Shown piece after piece: positions 36,103 through 49,902 of a stretch of DNA of 64,000 nucleotides (its first letter is position 1; the number at the start of each line of letters is the position of its first letter). The notes beneath the pieces were generated by a model. The model was not told where the DNA came from, searched no databases, and saw nothing but the letters and a program-made list of their open reading frames with translations. Made by a program: the position numbers and the translations under genes. This DNA is from Macrostomum hystrix (taxonomy: Eukaryota; Animalia; Platyhelminthes): positions 7,936,001-8,000,000 of the forward strand of contig CATNEN010000029.1 in the NCBI GenBank assembly GCA_950097015.1, given 5' to 3'.

Positions 36103-39100
36103 AGATCCTTCAGGATTGGGAGACTCAGGAACCCATCTGGATGATCCTTCAGGATTGGGAGACTCAGGAAACCATCTAGATGATCCTTCAGGATTGGGAG
36201 ACTCAGGAACCGATCTGGATGATCCTTCAGGATTGGGAGACTCAGGAACCGATCTGGATGATCCTTCAGGATTGGGAGACTCAGGAATCCATCTGGATGA
36301 TCCTTCAGGATTGGGAGACTCAGGAAACCATCTAGATGATCCTTCAGGATTGGGAGACTCAGGAACCGATCTGGATGATCCTTCAGGATTGGGAGACTCA
36401 GGAACCGATCTGGATGATCCTTCAGGATTGGGAGACTCAGGAATCCATCTGGATGATCCTTCAGGATTGGTAGACTCAGGAAACCATCTAGATGATCCTT
36501 CAGGATTGGGAGACTCCATCTGGATGATCCCTCAGGATTGGGAGACCCAGGAACCCATCTAGATGATCCTTCAGGATTGGGAGACTCCATCTGGATGATC
36601 CTTCAGGATTGGGAGACTCAGGAGTCCATCTGGATGGTTCTTTAAGATTGGGAGACTCAGGAATCCATCTGGATTATCCTTTAGGATTGGGAGACTCAGG
36701 AACCCATCTGAATGATCCTTCAGGATTGGGAGACTCCATCTGGATGATCCTTCAGGATTGGGAGACTCAGGAGTCCATCTGGATGATCCTTCAGGATTGG
36801 GAGACTCAGGAATCCATCTGGATTATCCTTTAGGATTGGGAGACTCCATCTGGATGATCCTTCAGGATTGGGAGACTCAGGAGTCCATCTGGATGATCCT
36901 TCAGGATTGGGAGACTCAGGAGTCCATCTGGATGATCCTTCAGGATTGGGAGACTCAGGAATCCATCTGAATTATCCTTTAGGATTGGGAGACTCAGGAA
37001 TTCATCTGGATGATCCTTCAGGATTGGGAGACTCAGGAATCCATCTGGATTATGCTTTAGGATTGGGAGACTCAGGAACCCATCTAGATGATCCTTCAGG
37101 ATTGGGAGACTCAGGAACCGATCTGGATGATCCTTCAGGATTGGGAGACTCAGGAACCGATCTGGATGATCCTTCAGGATTGGGAGACTCAGGAACCGAT
37201 CTGGATGATCTTCAGGATTGGGAGACTCAGGAACCGATCTGGATGATCCTTCAGGATTGGGAGACTCGGGAATCCATCTGAATGATCCTTCAGGATTGGG
37301 AGACTCAGGAACCGATCTGGATGATCCTTCAGGATTGGGGAGATCAGGAATCCATCTGGATGATCCTTTAGGATTGGGAGACTCAGGAATCCATCTGGAT
37401 GATCCTTCAGGATTGGGAGACTCAGGAATCCATCTGAATGATCCTTCAGGATTGGGAGACTCAGGAACCGATCTGGATGATCCCTCAGGATTGGGAGACT
37501 CAGGAGTCCATCTGGATGATCCTTCAGGATTGGGAGACTCAGGAGTCCATCTGGATGATCCCTCAGGATTGGGGAGATCAGGAATCCATCTGGATGATCC
37601 CTCAGGATTGGGAGATTTAGGAGTCCATCTGGATGATCCCTCAGGATTGGGAGACTCAGGAATCCATCTGGATGATCCTTTAGGATTGGGAGACTCAGGA
37701 ATCCATCTGGATGATCCTTCAGGATTGGGAGACTCAGGAATCCATCTGAATGATCCTTCAGGATTGGGAGACTCAGGAACCGATCTGGATGATCCCTCAG
37801 GATTGGGAGACTCAGGAGTCCATCTGGATGATCCTTCAGGATTGGGAGACTCAGGAGTCCATCTGGATGATCCCTCAGGATTGGGGAGATCAGGAATCCA
37901 TCTGGATGATCCCTCAGGATTGGGAGATTTAGGAGTCCATCTGGATGATCCCTCAGGATTGGGAGACTCAGGAATCCATCTGGATGATCCTTCAGGATTA
38001 GGAGACTCAGGAGTCCATCTGGATGATCCCTCAGGATTAGGAGACTCAGGAGTCCATCTGGATGATCCCTCAGGATTAGGAGACTCAGGAGTCCATCTGG
38101 ATGATCCCTCAGGATTAGGAGACTCAGGAGTCCATCTGGATGATCCCTCAGGATTGGGAGACTCAGGAATCCATCTGGATGATCCTTCAGGATTGGGAGA
38201 CTCAGGAATCCATCTGGATTATCCTTTAGGATTGGGAGACTCAGGAACCGATCTGGATGATCCTTCAGGATTGGGAGACTCAGGAGTCCATCTGGATGAT
38301 CCCTCAGGATTGGGAGACTCAGGAATCCATCTGGATGATCCTTCAGGATTGGGAGACTCAGGAATCCATCTGGATGATCCTTCAGGATTGGGAGACTCAG
38401 GAACCGATCTGGATGATCCTTCAGGATTGGGAGACTCAGGAACCGATCTGGATGATCCTTCAGGATTGGGAGACTCAGGAACCGATCTGGATGATCTTCA
38501 GGATTGGGAGACTCAGGAACCGATCTGGATGATCCTTCAGGATTGGGAGACTCGGGAATCCATCTGAATGATCCTTCAGGATTGGGAGACTCAGGAACCG
38601 ATCTGGATGATCCCTCAGGATTGGGAGACTCAGGAGTCCATCTGGATGATCCTTCAGGATTAGGAGACTCAGGAGTCCATCTGGATGATCCCTCAGGATT
38701 GGGGAGATCAGGAATCCATCTGGATGATCCCTCAGGATTGGGAGATTTAGGAGTCCATCTGGATGATCCTTCAGGATTGGGAGACTCAGGAATCCATCTG
38801 GATGATCCTTCAGGATTAGGAGACTCAGGAGTCCATCTGGATGATCCCTCAGGATTAGGAGACTCAGGAGTCCATCTGGATGATCCCTCAGGATTAGGAG
38901 ACTCAGGAGTCCATCTGGATGATCCCTCAGGATTGGGAGACTCAGGAATCCATCTGGATGATCCTTCAGGATTAGGAGACTCAGGAGTCCATCTGGATGA
39001 TCCCTCAGGATTAGGAGACTCAGGAGTCCATCTGGATGATCCCTCAGGATTAGGAGACTCAGGAGTCCATCTGGATGATCCTTCAGGATTGGGAGACTCA

Positions 39101-39296
39101 GGAGTCCATCTGGATGATCCTTCAGGATTAGGAGACTCAGGAGTCCATCTGGATGATCCCTCAGGATTGGGAGACTCAGGAGTCCATCTGGATGATCCTT
39201 CAGGATTAGGAGACTCAGGAGTCCATCTGGATTATCCCTCAGGATTAGGAGACTCGGGAATCCATTTGGATGATCCTTCAGGATTGGGAGACTCAT
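36103..39296. repeat. 39-bp minisatellite block 1 (gatccttcaggattgggagactcaggaatccatctggat), with a 32-bp deletion variant
   Basis: About 80 copies; internal 312-bp and 1286-bp duplications. Confidence 0.97.
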
Positions 39297-40105
39297 TGAG
39301 AATCAAAAAGAAAGACTTTTGAAAACTCAGCCGCTTTATTAAACTATAGCCATGGAAGCCATACAGATCGCGTGAGGTGAGAGTTAAACTCAAAGATTCT
39401 CTTCCGTGGCTAGCTGGCCCGGAGAGGGCAGTGGCGGAAAGCCTAAAAGTGACATTTCCTTTGAGTAACTGGCCGTTTAAGACCGCAGCGAGTTGGGTTT
39501 TCTGCTGGTGCGGACCTCACAGACGTCAAGTTCTGTGGCGGGGCCGAAAAATCTGAGGTTAGGATTGATTGGCGTCATGACCCATTGGGTTGGTAAGTGT
39601 GCCAAGGCCACTATGTGAATTTGCTCTACTCTGCAAAAATAGGGGATAAAACTCCCGGGAGTTCTGGGTAGTTGGCGCTTGTTGGGTGAATTTTTTTAGC
39701 TAATTTTACTTGCCCTATAAAATGCCACAGACTGAGGGGCTTTCAAAATAGGCCGGAGCTAAGTACGAGTATATGACTGTGTGCATTGTTTCAAATAAAT
39801 GTATATATGGGCTTCCCAGTCTCCTCTAATAGCCTAATTTGGCATTCAACCGTTCAGCGGTGAGTCGTTGGCTTAGAGGGTTAGCTGTTTAGGGTTAGCC
39901 ATCGCTTCAGGACTGAGAGGCACAACTGGCCTCTATACAATCAGCGAATGTGATGCCTAACTCGACCAGAGCACTCTGCCTAATTAGTACACGCAGTAGT
40001 GACCCTACTTAGGGAATGATAGTGAGACTGAAGGACCAGTTCGCCAAAAAGCGTCATAAGTTCGAACCCTAACGTGTGACAAATATTTTCTTTAAGCAAC
40101 ACTCG

Positions 40106-41611
40106 CTCAAGAATCCATCTGGATGATCCCTCAGGATTGGGAGACTCAGGAATCCATCTGGATGATCCCTCAGGATTGGGAGACTCAGGAATCCATCTGG
40201 ATGATCCCTCAGGATTGGGAGACTCAGGAATCCATCTGGATTATCCTTTAGGATTGGGAGACTCAGGAATCCATCTGGATGATCCTTCAGGATTGGGAGA
40301 CTCCATCTAGATGATCCTTTAGGATTGGGAGACTCCATCTAGATGATCCTTTAGGATTGGGAGACTCCATCTAGATGATCCTTTAGGATTGGGAGACTCC
40401 ATCTAGATGATCCTTCAGGATTGGGAGACTCCATCTAGATGATCCTTTAGGATTGGGAGACTCCATCTAGATGATCCTTCAGGATTGGGAGACTCCATCT
40501 AGATGATCCTTTAGGATTGGGAGACTCCATCTAGATGATCCTTCAGGATTGGGAGACTCCATCTAGATGATCCTTTAGGATTGGGAGACTCCATCTAGAT
40601 GATCCTTTAGGATTGGGAGACTCCATCTAGATGATCCTTTAGGATTGGGAGACTCCATCTGGATGATCCTTCAGGATTGGGAGACTCCATCTAGATGATC
40701 CTTTAGGATTGGGAGACTCCATCTAGATGATCCTTTAGGATTGGGAGACTCCATCTAGATGATCCTTTAGGATTGGGAGACTCAGGAATCCATCTGGATG
40801 ATCCTTCAGGATTGGGAGACTCAGGAATCCATCTGGATGATCCTTCAGGATAGGGAGACTCAGGAATCCATCTGGATTATCCCTCAGGATTGGGAGACTC
40901 AGGAACCCATCTAGATGATCCTTCAGGATTGGGAGACTCCATCTGGATGATCCTTCAGGATTGGGAGACTCCATCTGGATGATCCTTCAGGATTGGGAGA
41001 CTCAGGAGTCCATCTGAATGATCCTTCAGGATTGGGAGACTCAAGAATCCATCTGGATGATCCCTCAGGATTGGGAGACTCAGGAATCCATCTGGATTAT
41101 CCTTTAGGATTGGGAGACTCCATCTGGATGATCCTTCAGGATTGGGAGACTCAGGAATCCATCTGGATGATCCTTCAGGATAGGGAGACTCAGGAATCCA
41201 TCTGGATTATCCTTCAGGATTGGGAGACTCAGGAATCCATCTGGATGATCCTTCAGGATTGGGAGACTCAGGAATCCATCTGGATGATCCTTCAGGATAG
41301 GGAGACTCAGGAATCCATCTGGATTATCCTTCAGGATTGGGAGACTCAGGAATCCATCTGGATGATCCTTCAGGATTGGGAGACTCAGGAATCCATCTGG
41401 ATGATCCTTCAGGATAGGGAGACTCAGGAATCCATCTGGATTATCCTTCAGGATTGGGAGACTCAGGAATCCATCTGGATGATCCTTCAGGATTGGGAGA
41501 CGCAGGAATCCATCTGGATGATCCTTCAGGATAGGGAGACGCAGGAACCCATCTGGATAATCCTTCAGGATTGGGAGACTCAGGAACCCATCTGGATAAT
41601 CCTTCAGGATT
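40106..41611. repeat. 39/32-bp minisatellite block 2 (same family)
   Basis: Run of 32-bp units at about 40290-40780 flanked by 39-bp units. Confidence 0.97.
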
Positions 41612-43360
41612 AATGTTAAGATCCCACTTGGAGTACCATCAGGGGGTTTTAAGAATTCTGCATCATGGAGCCATGCAGATTTTTATCAAGGAGGAAGTCA
41701 AGATACAATCAGACGAGTCCACTGCAGTCCATTCTTCATAAAAAATACGTAAACATTTTTATATGAAGTCTAACTCACCTGTAGAAACTGCTCTCCGAAC
41801 CAGCGCAATCCACGAATTAGTTAGTCACAAGTACCACAATCGGTCAAGATGTTTTCCGTGTACTCCATGTCGTCATGTTTTGTTTGTTCGCTGATTCTTC
41901 GTTGCAGAGAAAGATCAATATATATATTTCTCTTCGTTAATCAGCTAATCAGCTAACCTGAACTGTAGACTGGACACTTTTCAAACTATTTTATTTCGCC
42001 AGCACTAAGCGCACAAGTGGCTAGGCAAAGTTTGCGCTTAGCGCAACGCTATATGCTGGCGCTCAGGAACACGGCAAGAGAATGAGAGGGGCAAGGCGGA
42101 CAGGGAAGCAAGTAGAGCAATGGGGAGTGAGGGGAGATTAGTGCGAGGGGGTGGTTGTCGGCTATAGCATTGGAGGGCGGATCCTGAGGGGGGGTGCAGA
42201 GGACAGACTGCACGGAGGCTGGTCTCGCCTTGGCAAAGGTGACAAGGGGCTGGTTTGGAATTAGAAAAGGGAAACTCCTCCTACGGCTCTCTCTCTCCCT
42301 CTCCTGTTTCTGTGGCCGAATAAGTGTATGCGTGAGTGTGTGCTTGTTGAAAACCTGCTGCAGTATTAAAGGAAGGTGTGTCCCAGCTCGAAGCAATTAG
42401 CGCCCTGGTCAGGGGGACAGGCCAGCAAATGGCGGGTAGCTGGCCGCTGCTTTTGCTATTGCTTCGTTTATATTTCTCGTTGTTCCTTGTTTCCTTTGAT
42501 TAGACAGGGCTGGGGCAGGGCATTGTCTTTTTGTTGCCAGTCTGACCTGGCGAGTACGAGGACAGAATCGAAATCAGGAAGATCATTGCCGCGGGATAAA
42601 CCTGCACTCTCTGCAGAGAGATCTAATCTAAGCCCCGTCAATACAATAGAGAATTTGGCAATTTTTTTCTTCTAAAGTGATTTTCTCACTTACAGATTAT
42701 TGCCAGGTTATTGTTCTTAATCCAGCCAGCACCAAAAGCTGTACACAACCCAGTGTCCATTCGTCTAGAGAAGTTAAACGCAATTGCAGGCTGGAAGGGC
42801 CAGTTGGAAGACTAATAGTATAGCCAGGCAGATAGGGATATTTGGTCAGGGGGAGCGGGGAGAGGTCAACGGCCAGAACGCAGGCACAAGAAAGCAGAGA
42901 AAGGTAGAAAGCTGGCTTTGGAAGACGAGAACAGAAAGAAGTGAAGGATTTAGACAGCCAGCACACCTGGCTTCACCAAACTGGGTCGCCCCGCTGCAGG
43001 ACCGGCGTTGCGCACGCTTCGTTCACTCCTATTTTGGGACAGAATTAGAGAAAGATTTGGCTGCAGGTCTGTTAGTCTACTTAACTTCAGGCGCCGTGGA
43101 ACTACAGTACTGTGCACAGGGATACAGAGCGTAGAATTTGGGACCTTTGCCATCCCGAATTGGGCAAGTGGGAGGGTGTTTTGGTGGGCCTAAAATGTTT
43201 GTTACCAACGATGAATATGGCAGAAAAGTCAGCAGCCAGCCCATTCGAATGGAAAATTAGTAAAAATGTTTTGCTTTTGTTTATCGAGTCGCGCAGTTTG
43301 TGCGAGAGATTTTGGCGCGACAGTGCAACATTGGGACTGACTGAAAATAATATGTTGACG

Positions 43361-46300
43361 ATTGTGACTGAACAGCCACTGTGCCTAAATGATCATTGTG
43401 ACTGAACAGCCACTGTGCCTAAATGATCATTGTGACTGAACAGCCACTGTGCCTAAATGATCATTGTGACTGAACAGCCACTGTGCCTAAATGATCATTG
43501 TGACTGAACAGCCACTGTGCCTAAATGATCATTGTGACTGAATAGTCACTGTGCCTAAATGATCATTGTGACTGAACAGCCACTGTGCCTAAATGATCAT
43601 TGTGACTGAACAGCCACTGTGCCTAAATGATCATTGTGACTGAACAGCCACTGTGCCTAAATGATCATTGTGACTGAACAGCCACTGTGCCTAAATGATC
43701 ATTGTGACTGAACAGCCACTGTGCCTAAATGATCATTGTGACTGAACAGCCACTGTGCCTAAATGATCATTGTGACTGAACAGCCACTGTGCCTAAATGA
43801 TCATTGTGACTGAACAGCCACTGTGCCTAAATGATCATTGTGACTGAACAGCCACTGTGCCTAAATGATCATTGTGACTGAATAGTCACTGTGCCTAAAT
43901 GATCATTGTGACTGAACAGCCACTGTGCCTAAATGATCATTGTGACTGAACAGCCACTGTGCCTAAATGATCATTGTGACTGAATAGTCACTGTGCCTAA
44001 ATGATCATTGTGACTGAACAGTCACTGTGTCTAAATGATTATTGTGACTGAATAGTCACGGTGCCTAAATGATCATTGTGACTGAACAGTCACTGTGCCT
44101 AAATGATCATTGTGACTGAACAGTCACTGTGTCTAAATGATCATTGTGACTGAATAGTCACGGTGCCTAAATGATCATTGTGACTGAACAGTCGCTGTGC
44201 CTAAATGTTCATTGTGACTGAACAGCCACTGTGCCTAAATGATCATTGTGACTGAACAGCCACTGTGCCTAAATGATCATTGTGACTGAACAGCCACTGT
44301 GCCTAAATGATCATTGTGACTGAACAGCCACTGTGCCTAAATGATCATTGTGACTGAACAGCCACTGTGCCTAAATGATCATTGTGACTGAACAGCCACT
44401 GTGCCTAAATGATCATTGTGACTGAACAGCCACTGTGCCTAAATGATCATTGTGACTGAACAGCCACTGTGCCTAAATGATCATTGTGACTGAACAGCCA
44501 CTGTGCCTAAATGATCATTGTGACTGAATAGTCACTGTGCCTAAATGATCATTGTGACTGAACAGCCACTGTGCCTAAATGATCATTGTGACTGAACAGC
44601 CACTGTGCCTAAATGATCATTGTGACTGAATAGTCACTGTGCCTAAATGATCATTGTGACTGAACAGTCACTGTGTCTAAATGATTATTGTGACTGAATA
44701 GTCACGGTGCCTAAATGATCATTGTGACTGAACAGTCACTGTGCCTAAATGATCATTGTGACTGAACAGTCACTGTGTCTAAATGATCATTGTGACTGAA
44801 TAGTCACGGTGCCTAAATGATCATTGTGACTGAACAGTCGCTGTGCCTAAATGTTCATTGTGACTGAACAGCCACTGTGCCTAAATGATCATTGTGACTG
44901 AACAGCCACTGTGTCTAAATGATCATTGTGACTGAACAGTCACTGTGCCTAAATGATCATTGTGACTGAACAGTCACTGTGTCTAAATGATCATTGTGAC
45001 TGAATAGTCACGGTGCCTAAATGATCATTGTGACTGAACAGTCGCTGTGCCTAAATGTTCATTGTGACTGAACAGCCACTGTGCCTAAATGATCATTGTT
45101 ACTGAACAGTCACTGTGCCTAAATGATCATTGTGACTGAATAGTCACTGTGTCTAAATGATCATTGTGACTGAATAGTCACGGTGCCTAAATGATCATTG
45201 TGACTGAACAGTCGCTGTGCCTAAATGTTCATTGTGACTGAACAGCCACTGTGCCTAAATGATTATTGTGACTGAATAGTCACGGTGCCTAAATGATCAT
45301 TGTGACTGAACAGTCACTGTGCCTAAATGATCATTGTGACTGAACAGTCACTGTGTCTAAATGATCATTGTGACTGAATAGTCACGGTGCCTAAATGATC
45401 ATTGTGACTGAACAGTCGCTGTGCCTAAATGTTCATTGTGACTGAACAGCCACTGTGCCTAAATGATCATTGTGACTGAACAGCCACTGTGTCTAAATGA
45501 TCATTGTGACTGAACAGTCACTGTGCCTAAATGATCATTGTGACTGAATAGTCACTGTGTCTAAATGATCATTGTGACTGAATAGTCACTGTGCCTAAAT
45601 GATCATTGTGACTGAACAGCCACTGTGCCTAAATGATCATTGTGACTGAACAGCCACTGTGCCTAAATGATCATTGTGACTGAACAGCCACTGGGCCTAA
45701 ATGATCATTGTGACTGAACAGCCACTGTGCCTAAATGATCATTGTGACTGAACAGCCACTGTGCCTAAATGATCATTGTGACTGAACAGCCACTGTGCCT
45801 AAATGATCATTGTGACTGAATAGTCACTGTGTCTAAATGATCATTGTGACTGAACAGCCACTGTGTCTAAATGATCATTGTGACTGAACAGTCACTGTGC
45901 CTAAATGATCATCGTGACTGAATAGTCACTGTGTCTAAATGATCATTGTGACTGAATAGTCACTGTGTCTAAATGATCATTGTGACTGAATAGTCACTGT
46001 GTCTAAATGATCATTGTGACTGAATAGTCACGATGTCTAAATGATCATTGTGACTGAATAGTCACTGTGCCTAAATCATCATTGTGACTGAACAGCCACT
46101 GTGTCTAAATGATCATTGTGACTGAACAGTCACTGTGCCTAAATGATCATTGTGACTGAATAGTCACTGTGCCTAAATGATCATTGTGACTGAATAGTCA
46201 CTGTGCCTAAATGATCATTGTGACTGAACAGCCACTGTGCCTAAATGATCATTGTGACTGAATAGTCACTGTGTCTAAATGATCATTGTGACTGAATAGT

Positions 46301-48270
46301 CACTGTGTCTAAATGATCATTGTGACTGAATAGTCACGATGTCTAAATGATCATTGTGACTGAATAGTCACTGTGCCTAAATGATCATTGTGACTGAATA
46401 GTCACTGTGTCTAAATGATCATTGTGACTGAATAGTCACGGTGCCTAAATGATCATTGTGACTGAATAGTCACTGTGTCTAAATGATCATTGTGACTGAA
46501 TAGTCACTGTGCCTAAATGATCATTGTGACTGAATAGTCACTGTGTCTAAATGATCATTGTGACTGAATAGTCACTGTGTCTAAATGATCATTGTGACTG
46601 AATAGTCACTGTGTCTAAATGATCATTGTGACTGAACAGCCACTGTGCCTAAATGATCATTGTGACTGAATAGTCACTGTGTCTAAATTATCATTGTGAC
46701 TGAATAGTCACTGTGCCTAAATGATCATCGTGACTGAATAGTCACTGTGTCTAAATGATCATTGTGACTTAATAGTCACTGTGTCTAAATGATCATCGTG
46801 ACTGAATAGTCACTGTGTCTAAATGATCATTGTGACTGAATAGTCACTGTGTCTAAATGATCATTGTGACTGAACAGCCACTGTGCCTAAATGATCATTG
46901 TGACTGAATAGTCACTGTGCCTAAATGATCATTGTGACTGAACAGCCACTGTGCCTAAATGATCATTGTGACTGAACAGCCACTGTGCCTAAATGATCAT
47001 TGTGACTGAATAGTCACTGTGCCTAAATGATCATTGTGACTGAATAGTCACTGTGCCTAAATGATCATTGTGACTGAATAGTCACTGTGCCAAAATGATC
47101 ATTGTGACTGAACAGCCACTGTGCCTAAATGATCATTGTGACTGAATAGTCACTGTGCCTAAATGATCATTGTGACTGAACAGTCACTGTGCCTAAATGA
47201 TCATTGTGACTGAATAGTCACTGTGCCTAAATGATCATTGTGACTGAATAGTCACTGTGTCTAAATGATCATTGTGACTGAATAGTCACTGTGCCTAAAT
47301 GATCATCGTGACTGAATAGTCACTGTGTCTAAATGATCATTGTGACTGAATAGTCACTGTGTCTAAATGATCATCGTGACTGAATAGTCACTGTGTCTAA
47401 ATGATCATTGTGACTGAATAGTCACTGTGTCTAAATGATCATTGTGACTGAAGAGCCACTGTGCCTAAATGATCATTGTGACTGAATAGTCACTGTGCCT
47501 AAATGATCATTGTGACTGAATAGTCACTGTGCCTAAATGATCATTGTGACTGAATAGTCACTGTGCCTAAATGATCATTGTGACTGAACAGCCACTGTGC
47601 CTAAATGATCATTGTGACTGAATAGTCACTGTGCCTAAATGATCATTGTGACTGAATAGTCACTGTGCCTAAATGATCATTGTGACTGAATAGTCACTGT
47701 GCCTAAATGATCATTGTGACTGAACAGCCACTGTGCCTAAATGATCATTGTGACTGAATAGTCACTGTGCCTAAATGATCATTGTGACTGAACAGTCACT
47801 GTGCCTAAATGATCATTGTGACTGAATAGTCACTGTGCCTAAATGATCATTGTGACTGAATAGTCACTGTGTCTAAATGATCATTGTGACTGAATAGTCA
47901 CTGTGCCTAAATGATCATCGTGACTGAATAGTCACTGTGTCTAAATGATCATTGTGACTGAATAGTCACTGTGTCTAAATGATCATCGTGACTGAATAGT
48001 CACTGTGTCTAAATGATCATTGTGACTGAATAGTCACTGTGTCTAAATGATCATTGTGACTGAAGAGCCACTGTGCCTAAATGATCATTGTGACTGAATA
48101 GTCACTGTGCCTAAATGATCATTGTGACTGAATAGTCACTGTGCCTAAATGATCATTGTGACTGAATAGTCACTGTGCCTAAATGATCATTGTGACTGAA
48201 TAGTCACTGTGTCTAAATGATCATTGTGACTGAACAGTGACGGTGCCTGAATGATCATTGTGACTGAATA
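43361..48270. repeat. 34-bp satellite (gtgactgaacagccactgtgcctaaatgatcatt), about 144 copies
   Basis: 4.9-kb uninterrupted array with single-base variants; no ORFs reported across it. Confidence 0.98.
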
Positions 48271-49200
48271 TATTATACCTTTTAAAATGCAGCCCTAACA
48301 TGCTTAAGTGATTGACTAGGCTTCATAGTTGGGCATACTTTATCATTGGTGCACAAAAAACACGCAACACCATATTATCACCATTGGCGTGAGACTGGGA
48401 TTTAAGCTTTTTCATGTTTTCCCCTTTCCACTAGCCCGCCAAAAGCCAACAGAAAAGCGGATCAAATTGGTAGCTAGGACAGCCAGGCAGAGAGTGGGTG
48501 AGCAGTCGAAGCAAGTGTCTGGCGGACCAACTGAAGAGGCCTGAAGTGGAGCTTAAAGTTCTCAGATGGTGTCCGGCACACACGAACCCGCATCCGCCGC
48601 TCTGGGAAGGAAGCTTTGAAGAAGAAGGCGTTCTTCCCGCCTCCTCCACGCCTCCAGAAACTTGTCCGCCGCGAGCTATCAGCTGAGCTGTTTGGCTGCC
48701 ACGCTCGCTTTGAGGCCTAATCGAAAGCAAGTAATTCGATTGGAAGCGCCGTAGTGAGTAGCGGAAGGCTTGCCAAACATACAGCCTCAAGGCTCGATGG
48801 CGTGTCACAGGGTGCGGCGAGAATGTGTGTGTGCTTGTGTGAGTGTGTATGTGTGTGCGCTTATTCGCAGAAATATGAAGCGCCACTGTCAGACTACGAG
48901 AACGGACTGCTGAGTACTAGTCGGGGGGGGGGCGGAGCTTGCCTCCTAATCCGAAGGCAAACTTTGATCAGCGGGCAGTTGCCCCTATCCAGCCCCAGTG
49001 AAGGCCGCAGTATACCCCGACACACTAATCCGAGATAATGGCAGGCTAGCCTCTAGAGCGGCAGAGAATGCTCACAGATTGTGTGCGCCCGAGTGTGCAA
49101 ATCAAAAGTTTTCAAATATTTTACTCTTTAGCTGACTCTAGCTCACTCTGTCATTTTTATAGTACAGATCTACAAGGTGTCTGTACGAGTACTTTGTCGC

Positions 49201-49249
49201 GTAGATAGATAGGTAGATAGATAGATAGATAGATAGATAGGTAGATAGG

Positions 49250-49292
<43 letters not shown>
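49201..49292. repeat. (GATA)n microsatellite
   Basis: About 22 tetramer units with occasional GGTA. Confidence 0.95.
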
Positions 49293-49902
49293 GAGGGAAG
49301 GCGGATGAAAAAGCAGATTATTCTGTTCATGAAAAGCAAGCCGAAGCGGGAAAGCAATAAATAATGAAAAACTCGAGAGCACGATGCGGATTCCCGAATC
49401 GCAAAGCCAGGCTACCCCAATCGGAGCGGTAGCCTATGGACACATCTTTATCTAGCAGTTGGCCACTCCGCCAACGAAATAAACAACAGCTTCCGAGAGT
49501 TTCGGTTCCTCGGTTCCTCGCTCATTCTCTTCCTCACGCTCGGGACTTGAAGCTCAGTGAGCAGCAGCCTTTAATCCCCGAAGCAAATTACTTGGGGAGA
49601 ATGTGTTTCCATGTCTTTTCAGGGCAGCGACCGTCTTTCACTCTTTCAGCAGCTTTGAGCAGCGTAATCTTGCCTCAAGAGATTCTTCCAGCGTTTGCGT
49701 GAGGCGTGCGATTCGTACAGCTATTTTTCTGTTTGTTTTCATTTGCCCATCTGCAATTAATAGCGAACAAAATTGCTCACTGACGGTCTAGTCACGAATA
49801 GCTGGGCCCTGAATTGATTGTCTTCAGGCAGCTAGGCAGTTCAATTGGAATTACCTTTGCCGAGACGACAAAGCTGCAGTTAGTCTATTTTTGCAGCAAA
49901 TC

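Noticed and set aside
32790-41613. Long ORFs over G-rich, 13-bp and 39-bp arrays (up to 449 aa)
   Set aside because: Pure repeat translations, open in several frames or strands, broken by frameshifting unit variants, with no unique coding flanks or splice context.
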